DNA of 64,000 nucleotides from Eledone cirrhosa (taxonomy: Eukaryota): NCBI GenBank assembly GCA_964016885.1, contig OZ024744.1:28272001-28336000 (forward strand). The letters are read 5' to 3'. Below the pieces are notes generated by a model. That model searched no databases. It was not told the DNA's origin and saw only the letters and a list, made by a program, of their open reading frames with translations. Each line of letters begins with the position of its first letter. Positions within the stretch are counted from its first letter, which is position 1. This document shows, piece by piece, positions 1 through 14,700 of this stretch. A program made the translations under genes and the position numbers.

Positions 1-3000
1 TGTTATTGTCACTGTTGCTGTTGTCGGTGTTATAACTGTTATTAGTTACTGTTGTTGTTGTTTTTGTTGTTCCTGCTGTTATAACTATTATTGTCATTGT
101 TGTTGTTGTTGCTGTCGGTGTTATTACTGTTATTGCCATTGTTGTTGTTGTTGTTGTTTTCTCTGTTATCACTGTTATTGTCACTATTGTTGTTGTCGCT
201 GTTATTGTCACTGTTGTTGTTGTTGTTGTTGTTGTCGCTGTTTTCATTGTTATTGTCATTGTTGTTGTCGCTGTTATCACTGTTATTGTCACTGTTGTTG
301 TTGTTGTCCCTGTTATAACTGTTATTGTCACTGTTGTTGTTGTTGTTGTTGTCGTCGCTGTTATCGCTGTTATTGTCACTGTTGTTGTTGTTGTTGTCGC
401 TGTCAAAACTGTTCTTTTCACTGTTGTTGTTGTCGCTGTTATAACTGTTATTGTCACTGTTGTTGTGGCTGTTATAACTGTTATTGTCACTATTGTTGTT
501 GTCGCTGTTATCACTGTTATTGTCATTGTTGTTGTCGCTGTTATAACTGTTATTCTCATTGTTGTTTTTGTTGTCGCTGTTATAACTGTTATTGTCACTG
601 TTGTTGTTGTTGCTGTCGGTGTTATAACTGTTATTAGTTACTGTTGTTGTTGTTGTCGCTGTTATCACTGTTATTGTCATTGTTGTTGTTGTTGTTGTTG
701 TTGTTGTCGCTGTTATCACTGTTATTGCTCTGTTGTTGTTGCCGCTGTTATAACAGTTATTACCATTGTTGTTGTTGTTGTTGTTGTCTCTGTTATCACT
801 GTTATTGTCACTGTTGTTGTTGTCGTTGTTATCACTGTTATTGCCACTGTTGTTGTTGTTGTTGTCGCTGTTACAACTGTTATTTTCACTGTTGTTGTCG
901 CTGTTATCACTGTTATTGTCACTGTTGTTGTCGCTGTTATAACTGTTATTGTCACTGTTGTTGTTGTTGTCGCTGTTATAACTGTTAATATCACTGTGGT
1001 TGTTGTTGTTCTCGCTGTTATCACTGTTATTGTCATTGTTGTTGTTGTCGATGTTATCACTGTTATTGTCAGTGTTGTTGTTGTTGTTCTCGCTGTTATC
1101 ACTGTTATTGACTCTGTTGGTGTTGTTGTTGTCGCTGTTATCACTGTTATTGTCACTGTTGTTGTTGTCGCTGTTATCACTGTTATTGTCACTGTTCTTG
1201 TTGTCGCTGTTATCACTGTTATTGTCACTGTTGTTGTCGCTGTTATCACTGTTATTGTCACTGTTGTCATTGTTGTTGTTGCTGTTATCATTGTTATTGT
1301 CACTGTTGTAGTTGTTCTCGCTGTTATAACTGTTATTGTCACTGTTGTTGTTGTTGCTGTCGCTGTTATCACTGACTTTGTCATCGTTGCTGTTGTACTC
1401 GCTGTTATCACTGTTATTGTTGTTGTTGTTGTGGCTGTTATCACTGTTATTGTCACTGTTGTTGTCGCTGTTATCACTGTTATTTTCATTGTTGTTGTTG
1501 TTGTTCTCTCTGTTATCACTGTTATTGTCAATGTTATTGTCACTGTTGTTGTTGTTCTCGCTGTTATAACTGTTATTGTCATTGTTGTTGTTGTTGTTGT
1601 CGCTGTTATAACTGTTATTGTCACTGTTGTTGTTGTTGTTCTCGCTGTTATCACTCTTATTGTCAATATTGTTGTTGTTGTCGCCGTTATAACTGTTATT
1701 GTCACTGTTGTTGTTGTCGCTGTTTTAACTGTTATTGTCATTGTTGTTGTAGTCGCAGTTATATATGTTATTGACACTGTTGTTGTTGTTCTCGCTGTTA
1801 TCACTGTTATTATCACTGTTGTTGTTGTTGTTGTCGCTGTTATCACTGTTATTGTTCTGTTGTTGGTGTCGCTTTTATAACTGTTATTACCATTGTTGTT
1901 GTTGTTGTTGTTGTCTCTGTTATCACTGTTATTGTCACTGTTGTTGTTGTTGTCGCTGTTATCACTGTTATTGTCACAGGTGTTGTTGTTGTTGCTGTTA
2001 GTGTCACTCTTTTTGTTTTGTTGTCGTTGTCGTCGTTGTCATCACTGTTATTGTCGCTGTTGTTGTTGTCGTTGTTATCATGCTTGTTGTCACTGCTCTT
2101 GTTGTTGTGGTTGTTGTTGTTATCACTGTTATTGTCACTGTTGTCTTTGTTGTTGTCGTTGTCATGACTGTTATTGTCGATGTTGTTGTTGTTGTTGCTG
2201 TCGCTGTTATTGTCACTGTTGTTGTTTTGTTTTTGTTGTCGTCGTTGTCATCACTGTTATCGTCGCTGTTGTCGTTGTTTTCCTTGTTATCATGGTTATT
2301 GTCACTGTTGTTGTCGCTGTTATCACTGTTATTGTCACTGTTGTTGTGTTGTTGTCGCTGTTATAACTGTTATTGTCTTTGTTGTTGTTGTTCTCGCTGT
2401 TATCACTGTTATTGTCATTGTTGTTGTTGTCGCTGTTATCACTTATATTGTCATTGTTGTTGTTGTTGTCGCTGTTATAACTGTTATTGTCACTGTTATT
2501 GTTCTTGTCGCTGTTACCACTGTTATTGCCTTTGTTGTTGTTGTGGTCGCTGTTATCACTATTATTGTCACTGTTGTTGTTGTTGTCGCTGTTATCACTG
2601 TTATTGCCACTGTTGTTGTTGTTGTCGCTGTTATCACTGTTATTGCCACTGTTGTTGTTGTTGTCGCTGTTACCACTGTTATTGCCACTGTTGTTGTTGT
2701 CGCTGTTATCACTGTTATTGTCACTGTTGTTGTTGTCGCTGTTATCACTGTTATTGTCACTGTTGTTGTTGTTGTCGTCGCTGTTATCACTGTTATTGTC
2801 ACTGTTGCTGTTGTTGTCGCTGTTATCACTGTTATTGACATTGTTGTTGTTGTTATCGCTGTTATCACTGTTATTGTCATTGTTGTTGTTGTTCTCGCTG
2901 TTATCACTGTTATTGTCACTGTTGTTGTCGCTGTTAAAACTATTATTGTCACTGTTGCTGTTGTCGTGTTATAACTGTTATTAGTTACTGTTGTTGTTGT

Positions 3001-6000
3001 TTTTGTTGTTCTTGCTGTTATAACTATTATTGTCATTGTTGTTGTTGTTGCTGTCGGTGTTATTACTGTTATTGCCATTGTTGTTGTTGTTGTTGTTGTT
3101 GTCTCTGTTATCACTGTTATTGTCACTGTTGTTGTTGTCGCTGTTATTGTCACAGTTGTTGTTGTTGTTGTTGTTGTTGTCGCTGTTATCACTGTTATTG
3201 TTCTGTTGTTGTTGTCGCTGTTATAACTGTTAATGTCACTGTTGTTGTTGTTCTCGCTGTTATCACTGTTATTGTCATTGTTGTTGTTGTTGTTGTTGTT
3301 GTTGTCGCTGTTTTCATTGTTATTGTCATTGTTGTTGTCGCTGTTATCATTGTTATTGTCATTGTTGTTGTTATTGTCGCTGTTATCACTGTTATTGTCA
3401 CTCTTGTTGTCGCTGTTATCACTGTTATTGTCACTGTTGTTTTTGTTGTCACTGTTATAAATGTTATTGTCACTGTTGTTTTTGTTGTCGCTGTTATCAC
3501 TGTTATTGTCACTGTTGTTGTCGCTGTTATAACTGTTATTGTCACTGTTTATGTTGTCGCTGTTATAACTGTTATTGTCACTGTTGTTGTTGTTGTCCCT
3601 GTTATAACTGTTATTGTCACTGTTGTTGTTGTTGTCGCTGTCATAACTGTTCTTTTCACTGTTGTTGTTGTTGTCGCTGTTATAACTGTCATTGTCACTG
3701 TTGTTGTGGCTGTTATAACTGTTATTGTCACTATTGTTGTTGTTGTCGCTGTTATCACTGTTATTGTCATTGTTGTTGTCGCTGTTATAACTGTTATTCT
3801 CATTGTTGTTTTTGTTGTCGCTGTTATAACTGTTATTATCACTGTTGTTGTTGCTGTCGGTGTTATAACTGTTATTAGTTACTGTTGTTGTTGTTGTTGT
3901 CGCTGTTATCACTGTTATTGTCATTGTTGTTGTTGTTGTTGTCGCTGTTATCACTGTTATTGCTCTGTTGTTGTTGCCGCTGTTATAACAGTTATTACCA
4001 TTGTTGTTGTTGTTGTCTCTGTTATCACTGTTATTATCACTGTTGTTGTTGTCGTTGTTATCACTGTTATTGCCACTGTTGTTGTTGTTGTCGCTGTTAC
4101 AACTGTTATTTTCACTGTTGTTATCGCTGTTATCACTGTTATTGTCACTGTTGTTGTTGTCGCTGTTATAACTGTTATTGTCACTGTTGTTGTTGTCGCT
4201 GTTATAACTGTTAATATCACTGTGGTTGTTGTTGTTCTCGCTGTTATCACTGTTATTGTCATTGTTGTTGTTGTCGATGTTATCACTGTTATTGTCAGTG
4301 TTGTTGTTGTTGTTCTCGCTGTTATCACTGTTATTGACTCTGTTGATGTTGTTGTTGTCTCTGTTATCACTGTTATTGTCACTGTTGTTGTTGTCGCTGT
4401 TATCACTGTCATTGCCACTGTTGTTGTTGTTGTTGTCGCTGTTATAACTGTTAATATCACTGTGGTTGTTGTTGTTCTCGCTGTTATCACTGTTTTTGTC
4501 ATTGTTGTTGTTGTTGTCGCTGTTATCACTGTTATTGTCAGTGTTGTTGTTGTTGTTCTCGTGGTTATCACTGTTATTGTCACTGTTGTTGTTGTTCTCG
4601 CTGTTATCACTGTTATTGTCTCTGTTGATGTTGTTGTTGTCTCTGTTATCACTGTTATTGTCACTGTTGTTGTTGTCGCTGTTATCACTGTTATTGTCAC
4701 TGTTCTTGTTGTCGCTGTTATCACTGTTATTGTCACTGTTGCTTTTGTTGTCGCTGTTATCACTGTTATTGTCACTGTTGTTGTCGCTGTTATCACTGTT
4801 ATTGTCACTGTTGTTAGTGTTGTTGTTGCTGTTATCATTGTTATTGTCACTGTTGTAGTTGTTGTCGCTGTTATAACTGTTATTGTCACTGTTGTTGTTG
4901 TTGCTGTCGCTGTTATCACTGTTATTGTCATCGTTGCTGTTGTACTCGCTGTTATCAGTGTTATTGTTGTTGTTGCTGTGGCTGTTATCACTGTTATTGT
5001 CACTGTTGTTGTCACTGTTATCACTGTTATTTTCATTGTTGTTGTTCTCTCTGTTATCACTGTTATTGTCATTATTGTTGTTCTCACTGTTATCACTGGT
5101 ATTGACACTGTTGTTGTTGTTGTTGTCGCTGTTATAACTGTTATTGTCTCTGTTGATGTTGTTGTTGTCGCTGTTATAACTGTTATTGTCACTGTTGTTG
5201 TTGTCGCTGTTATAACACTTATTGTCACTGTTGTTGTTGTTGTCGTCGTTGTTATCACTGTTATTGTCATTATTGTTGTTGTCGCTGTTATCACTGTTAT
5301 TGATATTGTTGTTGTTGTTGTCGCTGTTATAACTGTTATTGTCACCATTGCTTTTGTTGTTGTCGCTCTTATCACTCTTATTGTCATTGTTGTTGTTGTT
5401 CTCGCTGCTATCCCTGTTATTGTCATTGTTGTTGTTGTTGTACTCGCTGTTATCACTGTTATTGTCATTGTTGTTGTTCTTGTTGCTGTTATCACTGTTA
5501 TTGTCACTGTTTTTGTTGTTGTCGCTATTATCATTGTTATCGTCACTGTTGTGTTTGTTGTTGTCGCTGTTATCACTGTTATTTTCATTGTTTTTGTTGT
5601 TGTTCTCGCATTTATCACTGTTATTGTCAGTGTTGTTGTTGTTGTTCTCGCTGTTATCACTGTCGTCGTCACTGTTGTTGTTGTTGTCGCTGTTATAACT
5701 GTTATTGTGACTGTTGTTGTTGTTGTTGTTGTCGCTGTTATAACTGTTATTGTCATTGTTGTTGTTGTCGCTGTTATCACTGTTATTGACACTGTTGTTG
5801 CTGTTGTTCTCGCTGTTATCATTGTTATTGTCACTGTTGTTGTTGTTGTTCTCGCTGTTACCACTGTTATTGTCACTGTTGTTGTTGTTGTTGTTGTCGT
5901 TGTTATCACTGTTATTGTCATTATTGTTATTGTCGGTGTTATCACTGTTATTGTCATTGTTGTTGTTGTTGTTGTTGTCGCTGTTATCACTGTTATTGTC

Positions 6001-9000
6001 ACTGTTGTTGTTGTTGTCGCTTCTATAACTGTTATTGTCACTATTGCTGTTGTTGTTTTCGCTGTTATCACTCTTATTGTCATTGTTGTTGTTGTCGCTG
6101 TTATCACTGTTATTGTCACTGTTGTTGTTGTTGTCGCTGTTATCACTGTTATTGCCACTGTTGCTGTTGTTGTCGTTGTTATCACTGTTATTGTTGTTGT
6201 TGTCGCTATTATCACTGTTATTGTCACTGTTGTTGTTATTGTCGCTGTTATCACTGTTATTTTCACAGTTGTTGTCGCTGTTATCACTGATATTGTCATT
6301 GTTGTTGTTGTCGCTGTTATCACTGTTATTGTCATTGTTGTTGTTGTTGCTGTCGGTGTTATAACTGTTATTAATTACTGTTGTTGTTGTTGTTCTCGCT
6401 GTTATAACTATTATTGTCATTGTTGTTGTTGTCGCTGTTATCACTGTTATTGTCACTGTTGTTGTTGTTGTCGCTTCTATAACTGTTATTGTCACTATTA
6501 CTGTTGTTGTTTTCGCTGTTATCACTCTTATTGTCATTGTTGTTGTTGTCGCTGTTATAACTGTTATTGTCACTGTTGTTGTTGTTGTCGCTGTTATCAC
6601 TGTTATTGCCACTGTTGCTGTTGTTGTCGTTGTTATCACTGTTATTGTCATTGTTGTTGTTGTTGTCGCTGTTATCAGTTATTGTCACTGTTGTTGTCGC
6701 TGTTATAACTGTTATTGTCACTGTTGTTGTTGTTGTCGGTGTTATAACTGTTATTAGTTACTGTTGTTGTTGTTGTTCTTGCTGTTATAACTATTATTGT
6801 CATTGTTGTTGTTGTTGCTGTCGGAGTTATTACTGTTATTGCCATTGTTGTTGTTGTTGTTGTCTCTGTTATCACTGTTATTGTCACTGTTGTTGTCGCT
6901 GATATTGTCACTGTTGTTGTTGTTGTTGTTGTTGTCGCTGTTATCACTGTTATTGTTGTTGTTGTCGCTATTATCACTGTTATTGTCACTGTTGTTGTTA
7001 TTGTCGCTGTTATCACTGTCATTTTCACAGTTGTTGTCGCTGTTATCACTGATATTGTCATTGTTGTTGTTGTCGCTGTTATCACTGTTATTGTCATTGT
7101 TGTTGTTGTTGCTGTCGGTGTTATAACTGTTATTAGTTACTGTTGTTGTTGTTCTCGCTGTTATAACTATTATTGTCATTGTTGTTGTTGTCGCTGTTAT
7201 AACTGTTATTGTCATTGTTGTTGTCGCTGTTATAACTGTTATTGTCACTGTTGTTGTTGTTCTCGCTGTTATCACTGTTATTGACTCTGTTGATGTTGTT
7301 GTTGTCTCTGTTATCACTGTTATTGTCACTGTTGTTGTTGTCGCTGTTATCACTGTCATTGCCCCTGTTGTTGTTGTTGTTGTCGCTGTTATAACTGTTA
7401 ATATCACTGTGGTTGTTGTTGTTCTCGCTGTTATCACTGTTTTTGTCATTGTTGTTGTTGTTGTCGCTGTTATCACTGTTATTGTCAGTGTTGTTGTTGT
7501 TGTTCTCGTGGTTATCACTGTTATTGTCACTGTTGTTGTTGTTCTCGCTGTTATCACTGTTATTGTCTCTGTTGATGTTGTTGTTGTCTCTGTTATCACT
7601 GTTATTGTCACTGTTGTTGTTGTCGCTGTTATCACTGTTATTGTCACTGTTCTTGTTGTCGCTGTTATCACTGTTATTGTCACTGTTGCTGTTGTTGTCG
7701 CTGTTATCACTGTTATTGTCACTGTTGTTGTCGCTGTTATCACTGTTATTGTCACTGTTGTTAGTGTTGTTGTTGCTGTTATCATTGTTATTGTCACTGT
7801 TGTAGTTGTTGTCGCTGTTATAACTGTTATTGTCACTGTTGTTGTTGTTGCTGTCGCTGTTATCACTGTTATTGTCATCGTTGCTGTTGTACTCGCTGTT
7901 ATCACTGTTATTGTTGTTGTTGTTGTGGCTGTTATCACTGTTATTGTCACTGTTGTTGTCACTGTTATCACTGTTATTTTCATTGTTGTTGTTGTTGTTC
8001 TCTCTGTTATCACTGTTATTGTCATTATTGTTGTTCTCGCTGTTATCACTGGTATTGACACTGTTGTTGTTGTTGTTGTTGTCGCTGTTATAACTGTTAT
8101 TGTCTCTGTTGATGTTGTTGTTGTCGCTGTTATAACTGTTATTGTCACTGTTGTTGTTGTCGCTGTTATAACTCTTATTGTCACTGTTGTTGTTGTTGTC
8201 GTCGTTGTTATCATTGTTATTGTCATTATTGTTGTTGTCGCTGTTATCACTGTTATTGTCATTGTTGTTGTTGTTGTCGCTGTTATAACTGTTATTGTCA
8301 CCATTGCTTTTGTTGTTGTCGCTCTTATCACTCTTATTGTCATTGTTGTTGTTGTTCTCGCTGCTATCCCTGTTATTGTCATTGTTGTTGTTGTTGTACT
8401 CGCTGTTATCACTGTTATTGTCATTGTTGTTGTTGTTGTTGCTGTTATCACTGTTATTGTCACTGTTTTTGTTGTTGTCGCTATTATCACTGTTATCGTC
8501 ACTGTTGTGTTTGTTGTTGTCGCTGTTATCACTGTTATTTTCATTGTTTTTGTTGTTGTTCTCGCATTTATCACTGTTATTGTCAGTGTTGTTGTTGTTG
8601 TTCTCGCTGTTATCACTGTCGTCGTCACTGTTGTTGTTGTTGTCGCTGTTATAACTGTTATTGTGACTGTTGTTGTTGTTATTGTCGCTGTTATAACTGT
8701 TATTGTCATTGTTGTTGTTGTCGCTGTTATCACTGATATTGACACTGTTGTTGTTGTTGTTCTCGCTGTTATCACTGTTATTTTCACTGTTGTTGTCGCT
8801 GTTATAACTGTTATTGTCACTGTTGCTGTTGTCGGTGTTATAACTGTTATTAGTTACTGTTGTTGTTGTTTTTGTTGTTCTTGCTGTTATAAATATTATT
8901 GTCATTGTTGTTGTTGTTGCTGTCGGTGTTATTACTGTTATTCCCATTGTTGTTGTTGTTGTTGTCTCTGTTATCACTGTTATTGTCGCTGTTGTTGTTG

Positions 9001-11600
9001 TCGCTGTTATTGTCACTGTTGTTGTTGTTGTTGTTGTCGCTGTTATCACTGTTATTGTCACTGTTGTTGTCGCTGTTACAACTGTCATTGCTGTTATTGT
9101 TATTGTCGCTGTTATCACAGTTATTATCATTGTTGTTGTTATTGTCGCTGTTATCACTGTTATTGTCACTGTTGTTGTTGTTGTCCCTGTTATAACTGTT
9201 ATTGTCACAGTTGTTGTTGTTGTTGTCGTCGCTGTTATCGCTGTTATTGTCACTGTTGTTGTTGTTGTCGCTGTCATAACTGTTCTTTTCTCTGTTGTTG
9301 TTGTCGCTGTTATAACTGTTATTGTCACTGTTGTTGTGGCTGTTATAACTGTTATTGTCACTATTGTTGTTGTTGTCGCTGTTATCACTGTTATTGTCAT
9401 TGTTGTTGTCGCTGTTATAACTGTTATTCTCATTGTTGTTTTTGTTGTCGCTGTTATAACTGTTATTGTCACTGTTGTTGTTGTTGCTGTCGGTGTTATA
9501 ACTGTTATTAGTTACTGTTGTTGTTGTTGTTGTCGCTGTTATCACTGTTATTGTCATTGTTGTTGTTGTTGTTGTTGTTGTCGCTGTTATCACTGTTATT
9601 GCTCTGTTGTTGTTGCCGCTGTTATAACAGTTATTACCATTGTTGTTGTTGTTGTTGTTGTCTCTGTTATCACTGTTATTGTCACTGTTGTTGTTGTCGT
9701 TGTTATCACTGTTATTGCCACTGTTGTTGTTGTTGTTGTCGCTGTTACAACTGTTATTTTCACTGTTGTTGTCGCTGTTATCACTGTTATTGTCACTGTT
9801 GTTGTTGTCGCTGTTATAACTGTTATTGTCACTGTTGTTGTTGTTGTCGCTGTTATAACTGTAAATATCACTGTGGTTGTTGTTGTTCTCGCTGTTATCA
9901 CTGTTATTGTCATTGTTGTTGTTGTCGATGTTATCACTGTTATTGTCAGTGTTGTTGTTGTTGTTCTCGCTGTTATCACTGTTATTGACTCTGTTGATGT
10001 TGTTGTTGTCGCTGTTATCACTGTCATTGCCACTGTTGTTGTTGTTGTTGTCGCTGTTATAACTGTTAATATCACTGTGGTTGTTGTTGTTCTCGCTGTT
10101 ATCACTGTTATTGTCATTGTTGTTGTTGTTGTCGCTGTTATCACTGTTATTGTCAGTGTTGTTGTTGTTGTTCTCGTGGTTATCACTGTTATTGTCACTG
10201 TTGTTGTTGTTCTCGCTGTTATCACTGTTATTGTCTCTGTTGTTGTTGTCACTGTTATCACTGTTATTGTCACTGTTCTTGTTGTCGCTGTTATCACTGT
10301 TATTGTCACTGTTCTTGTTGTCGCTGTTATCACTGTTATTGTCACTGTTGCTGTTGTTGTCGCTGTTATCACTGTTATTGTCACTGTTGTTGTCGCTGTT
10401 ATCACTGTTATTGTCACTGTTGTTATTGTTGTTGTTGCTGTTATCATTGTTATTGTCACTGTTGTAGTTGTTCTCGCTGTTATAACTGTTATTGTCACTG
10501 TTGTTGTTGTTGCTGTCGCTGTTATCACTGTTATTGTCATCGTTGCTGTTGTACTCGCTGTTATCATTGTTATTGTTGTTGTTGTTGTGGCTGTTATCAC
10601 TGTTATTGTCACTGTTGTTGTCGCTGTTATCACTGTTATTTTCATTGTTGTTGTTGTTGTTCTCTCTGTTATCACTGTTATTGTCACTGTTATTGTCACT
10701 GTTGTTGTTGTTCTCGCTGTTATAACTGTTATTGTCATTGTGTTGTTGTTGTTGTCGCTGTTATAACTGTTATTGTCACTGTTGTTGTTGTTGTTCTCGC
10801 TGTTATCACTCTTATTGTCACTATTGTTGTTGTTGTCGCCGTTATAACTGTTATTGTCACTGTTGTTGTTGTCGCTGTTTTAACTGTTATTGTCATTGTT
10901 GTTGTAGTCGCAGTTATATATGTTATTGACACTGTTGTTGTTGTTCTCGCTGTTATCACTGTTATTATCACTGTTGTTGTTGTTGTTGTTGTCGCTGTTA
11001 TCACTGTTATTGTTCTGTTGTTGGTGTCGCTTTTATAACTGTTATTACCATTGTTGTTGTTGTTGTTGTTGTCTCTGTTATCACTGTTATTGTCACTGTT
11101 GTTGTTGTTGTCGCTGTTATCACTGTTATTGTCACAGGTGTTGTTGTTGTTGCTGTTAGTGTCACTCTTTTTGTTTTGTTGTCGTTGTCGTCGTTGTCAT
11201 CACTGTTATTGTCGCTGTTGTTGTTGTTGTTGTCGTTGTTATCATGCTTGTTGTCACTGCTGTTGTTGTTGTGGTTGTTGTTGTTATCACTGTTATTGTC
11301 ACTGTTGTTGTGTTGTTGACGCTGTTATAACTGTTATTGTCAAAGTTGTTGTGTTGTCGCTGTTACCACTGTTATTGTCATTGTTGTTGTTGTCGCTGTT
11401 ATCACTTATATTGTCATTGTTGTTGTTGTTGTCGCTGTTATAACTGTTATTGTCACTGTTATTGTTCTTGTCGCTGTTACCACTGTTATTGCCTTTGTTG
11501 TTGTTGTGGTCGCTGTTATCACTATTATTGTCACTGTTGTTGTTGTTGTCGCTGTTATCACTGTTATTGCCACAGTTGTTGTTGTTGTCGCTGTTATCAC
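1..11600. repeat. Diverged higher-order duplication: ~1-2650 recurs at ~8810-11600 (offset 8.8-9.2 kb, with internal indels)
   Basis: The same ordered rare variants occur in both copies: attagttact (41/8849), gccgctgttataacag (741/9615), gtagtcgcagttatatat (~1749/~10904), gtcacaggt (~1973/~11131). ORF pairs 722/9596, 1765/10920, 1893/11051. Confidence 0.85.
4300..8760. repeat. Higher-order duplication: ~4300-5790 recurs at ~7250-8760 (offset ~2947-2956 bp)
   Basis: Identical or near-identical ORF translations 4466/7413, 4883/7830, 5339/8295. Shared rare variants gttagtgtt, gtcaccattgct, ctcgcattt, gtcgtcgtcact. Confidence 0.88.
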
Positions 11601-11770
11601 TGTTATTGCCACTGTTGTTGTGTTGTTGACGCTGTTATAACTGTTATTGTCAAAGTTGTTGTGTTGTCGCTGTTACCACTGTTATTGTCATTGTTGTTGT
11701 TGTCGCTGTTATCACTTATATTGTCATTGTTGTTGTTGTTGTCGCTGTTATAACTGTTATTGTCACTGTT
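11295..11770. repeat. Local 310-bp-period partial tandem duplication
   Basis: gttgtgttgttgacgct...gtcaaagttgttgtgttgtc occurs at ~11307 and ~11617. ORFs 11337/11647 begin identically. Confidence 0.85.
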
Positions 11771-14700
11771 ATCACTATTATTGTCACTGTTGTTGTTGTT
11801 GTCGCTGTTATCACTGTTATTGTCACTGTTGTTGTTGTTGTCGCTGTTATAACTGTTATTGTCACTGTTGTTGTTGTCGCTGTTATAACTCTTATTGTCA
11901 CTGTTGTTGTTGTTGTCGTCGTTGTTATCACTGTTATTGTCATTATTGTTGTTGTCGCTGTTATAACTATTATTGTCATTGTTGTTGTTGTTGCTGTCGG
12001 AGTTATTACTGTTATTGCCATTGTTGTTGTTGTTGTTGTCTCTGTTATCACTGTTATTGTCACTGTTGTTGTCGCTGATATTGTCACTGTTGTTGTCGTT
12101 GTTGTTGTTGTCGCTGTTATAACTGTTATTGTCATTGTTGTTGTTGTTGTCGCTGTTATCACTGTTATTGTTGTTGTTGTTGTCGCTATTATCACTGTTA
12201 TTGTCACTGTTGTTGTTATTGTCGCTGTTATCACTGTTATTTTCAAAGTTGTTGTCGCTGTTATCACTGATATTGTCATTGTTGTTGTTGTCGCTGTTAT
12301 CACTGTTATTGTCATTGTTGTTGTTGTTGCTGACGGTGTTATAACTGTTATTAGTTACTGTTGTTGTTGTTGTTCTCGCTGTTATAACTAGTATTGTCAT
12401 TGTTGTTGTTGTCGCTGTTATAACTGTTATTGTCATTGTTGTTGTTGTTGTTGTCGCTGTTATAACTGTTATTGTCACTGTTGTTGTTGTTCTCGCTGTT
12501 ATCACTCTTATTGTCACTATTGTTGTTGTTGTCGCCGTTATAACTGTTATTGTCACTGTTGTTGTCGCTGTTTTAACTGTTATTGTCATTGTTGTTGTAG
12601 TCGCAGTTATATATGTTATTGACACTGTTGTTGTTGTTGTTCTCGCTGTTATCACTGTTATTATCACTGTTGTTGTTGTTGTTGTTGTCGCTGTTATCAC
12701 TGTTATTGTTCTGTTGTTGGTGTCGCTTTTATAACTGTTATACCATTGTTGTTGTTGTTGTTGTCTCTGTTATCACTGTTATTGTCACTGTTGTTGTTGT
12801 TGTCGCTGTTATCACTGTTATTGTCACTGGTGTTGATGTTGTTGCTGTTAGTGTCACTCTTTTTGTTTTGTTGTCGTTGTCGTCGTTGTCATCACTGTTA
12901 TTGTCGCTGTTGTTGTTGTTGTTGTTGTCGTTGTTATCATGCTTGTTGTCACTGTTGTTGTTGTTGTGGTTGTCGTTGTCATGACTGTTATTGTCGATGT
13001 TGTTGTTGTTGTTGTCGCTGTTATTGTCACTGTTGTTGTTTTGTTGTTGTTGTCGTCGTTGTCATCACTGTTATCGTCGCTGTTGTCGTTGTTGTCCTTG
13101 TTATCATGGTTATTGTCACTGTTGTTGTCGCTGTTATCACTGTTATTGTCACTGTTGTTGTTGTCGCTGTTATAACTGTTATTGTCACTGTTGTTGTTGT
13201 CATTGTTATCACTGTTATTGTCACTATTGTTGTTGTCGCTGTTATCACTGTTATTGTCACTGTTGTTGTTGTTCTCGCTGTTATCACTGTTATTGTCACT
13301 GTTGTTGTGTTGTTGTCGCTGTTATAACTGTTATTGTCACTGTTATTGTGTTGTCGCTCTTACCACTGTTATTGTCTTTGTTGTTGTTGTTGTCCCTGTT
13401 ATAACTGTTATTGTCACTGTTGTTGTTGTTGTTGTCGCTGTTATCGCTGTTATTGTCACTGTTGTTGTTGTTGTCGCTGTCATAACTGTTCTTTTCACTG
13501 TTGTTGTTGTCGCTGTTATAACTGTCATTGTCACTGTTGTTGTGGCTGTTATAACTGTTATTGTCACTATTGTTGTTGTTGTCGCTGTTATCACTGTTAT
13601 TAGTTACTGTTGTTGTTGTTGTTGTCGCTGTTATCACTGTTATTGTCATTGTTGTTGTTGTTGTTGTCGTCGCTGTTATCACTGTTATTGCTCTGTTGTT
13701 GTTGCCGCTGTTATAACAGTTATTACCATTGTTGTTGTTGTTGTTGTTGTCTCTATTATCACTGTTATTGTCACTGTTGTTGTTGTCGTTGTTATCACTG
13801 TTATTGCCACTGTTGTTGTTGTTGTCGCTGTTATAACTGTTAATATCACTGTGGTTGTTGTTGTTCTCGCTGTTATCACTGTTATTGTCATTGTTATTGT
13901 TGTCGATGTTATCACTGTTATTGTCAGTGTTGTTGTTGTTGTTCTCGCTGTTATCACTGTTATTGACTCTGTTGATGTTGTTGTTGTCTCTGTTATCACT
14001 GTTATTGTCACTGTTGTTGTTGTCGCTGTTATCACTGTCATTGCCACTGTTGTTGTTGTTGTTGTCGCTGTTATATCTGTTAATATCACTGTGGTTGTTG
14101 TTGTTCTCGCTGTTATCACTGTTATTGTCATTGTTGTTGTTGTTGTCGCTGTTATCACTGTTATTGTCAGTGTTGTTGCTGTTGTTCTCGTGGTTATCAC
14201 TGTTATTGTCACTGTTGTTGTTGTTCTCGCTGTTATCACTGTTATTGTCTCTGTTGATGTTGTTATTGTCTCTGTTATCTCTGTTATTGTCACTGTTGTT
14301 GTTGTCGCTGTTATCACTGTTATTGTCACTGTTCTTGTTGTCGCTGTTATCACTGTTATTGTCACTGTTGCTGTTGTTGTCGCTGTTATAACTGTTATTG
14401 TCACTGTTGTTGTCGCTGTTATCACTGTTATTGTCACTGTTGTTGTTGTTGCTGTTATCATTGTTATTGTCACTGTTGTAGTTGTTGTCGCTGTTATAAC
14501 TGTTATTGTCACTGTTGTCGCTGTTATCACTGTTATTGTCATCGTTGCTGTTGTACTCGCTGTTATCACTGTTATTGTCACTGTTGTTGTCACTGTTATC
14601 TCTGTTATTTTCATTGTTGTTGTTGTTGTTCTCTCTGTTATCACTGTTATTGTCACTGTTATTGTCACTGTTGTTGTTGTTCTCGCTGTTATAACTGTTA

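Noticed and set aside
2443-6651. 1402-aa minus-strand ORF and similar N/S/D-rich or T-rich ORFs (25078-28281, 28284-30593) resembling Asn-rich or mucin-like proteins
   Set aside because: They are purely translated repeat and switch between N/S/D and T/I/V registers at frameshift variants. They have no signal peptide, domain or unique terminus, and overlapping ORFs exist in most frames.
3706-6708. Long Val/Ile-rich and Leu/Ser-rich plus-strand ORFs that look like membrane proteins
   Set aside because: RYY and YYR codons cannot be stops. Unbroken hydrophobic runs of hundreds of residues without loops are not plausible proteins.
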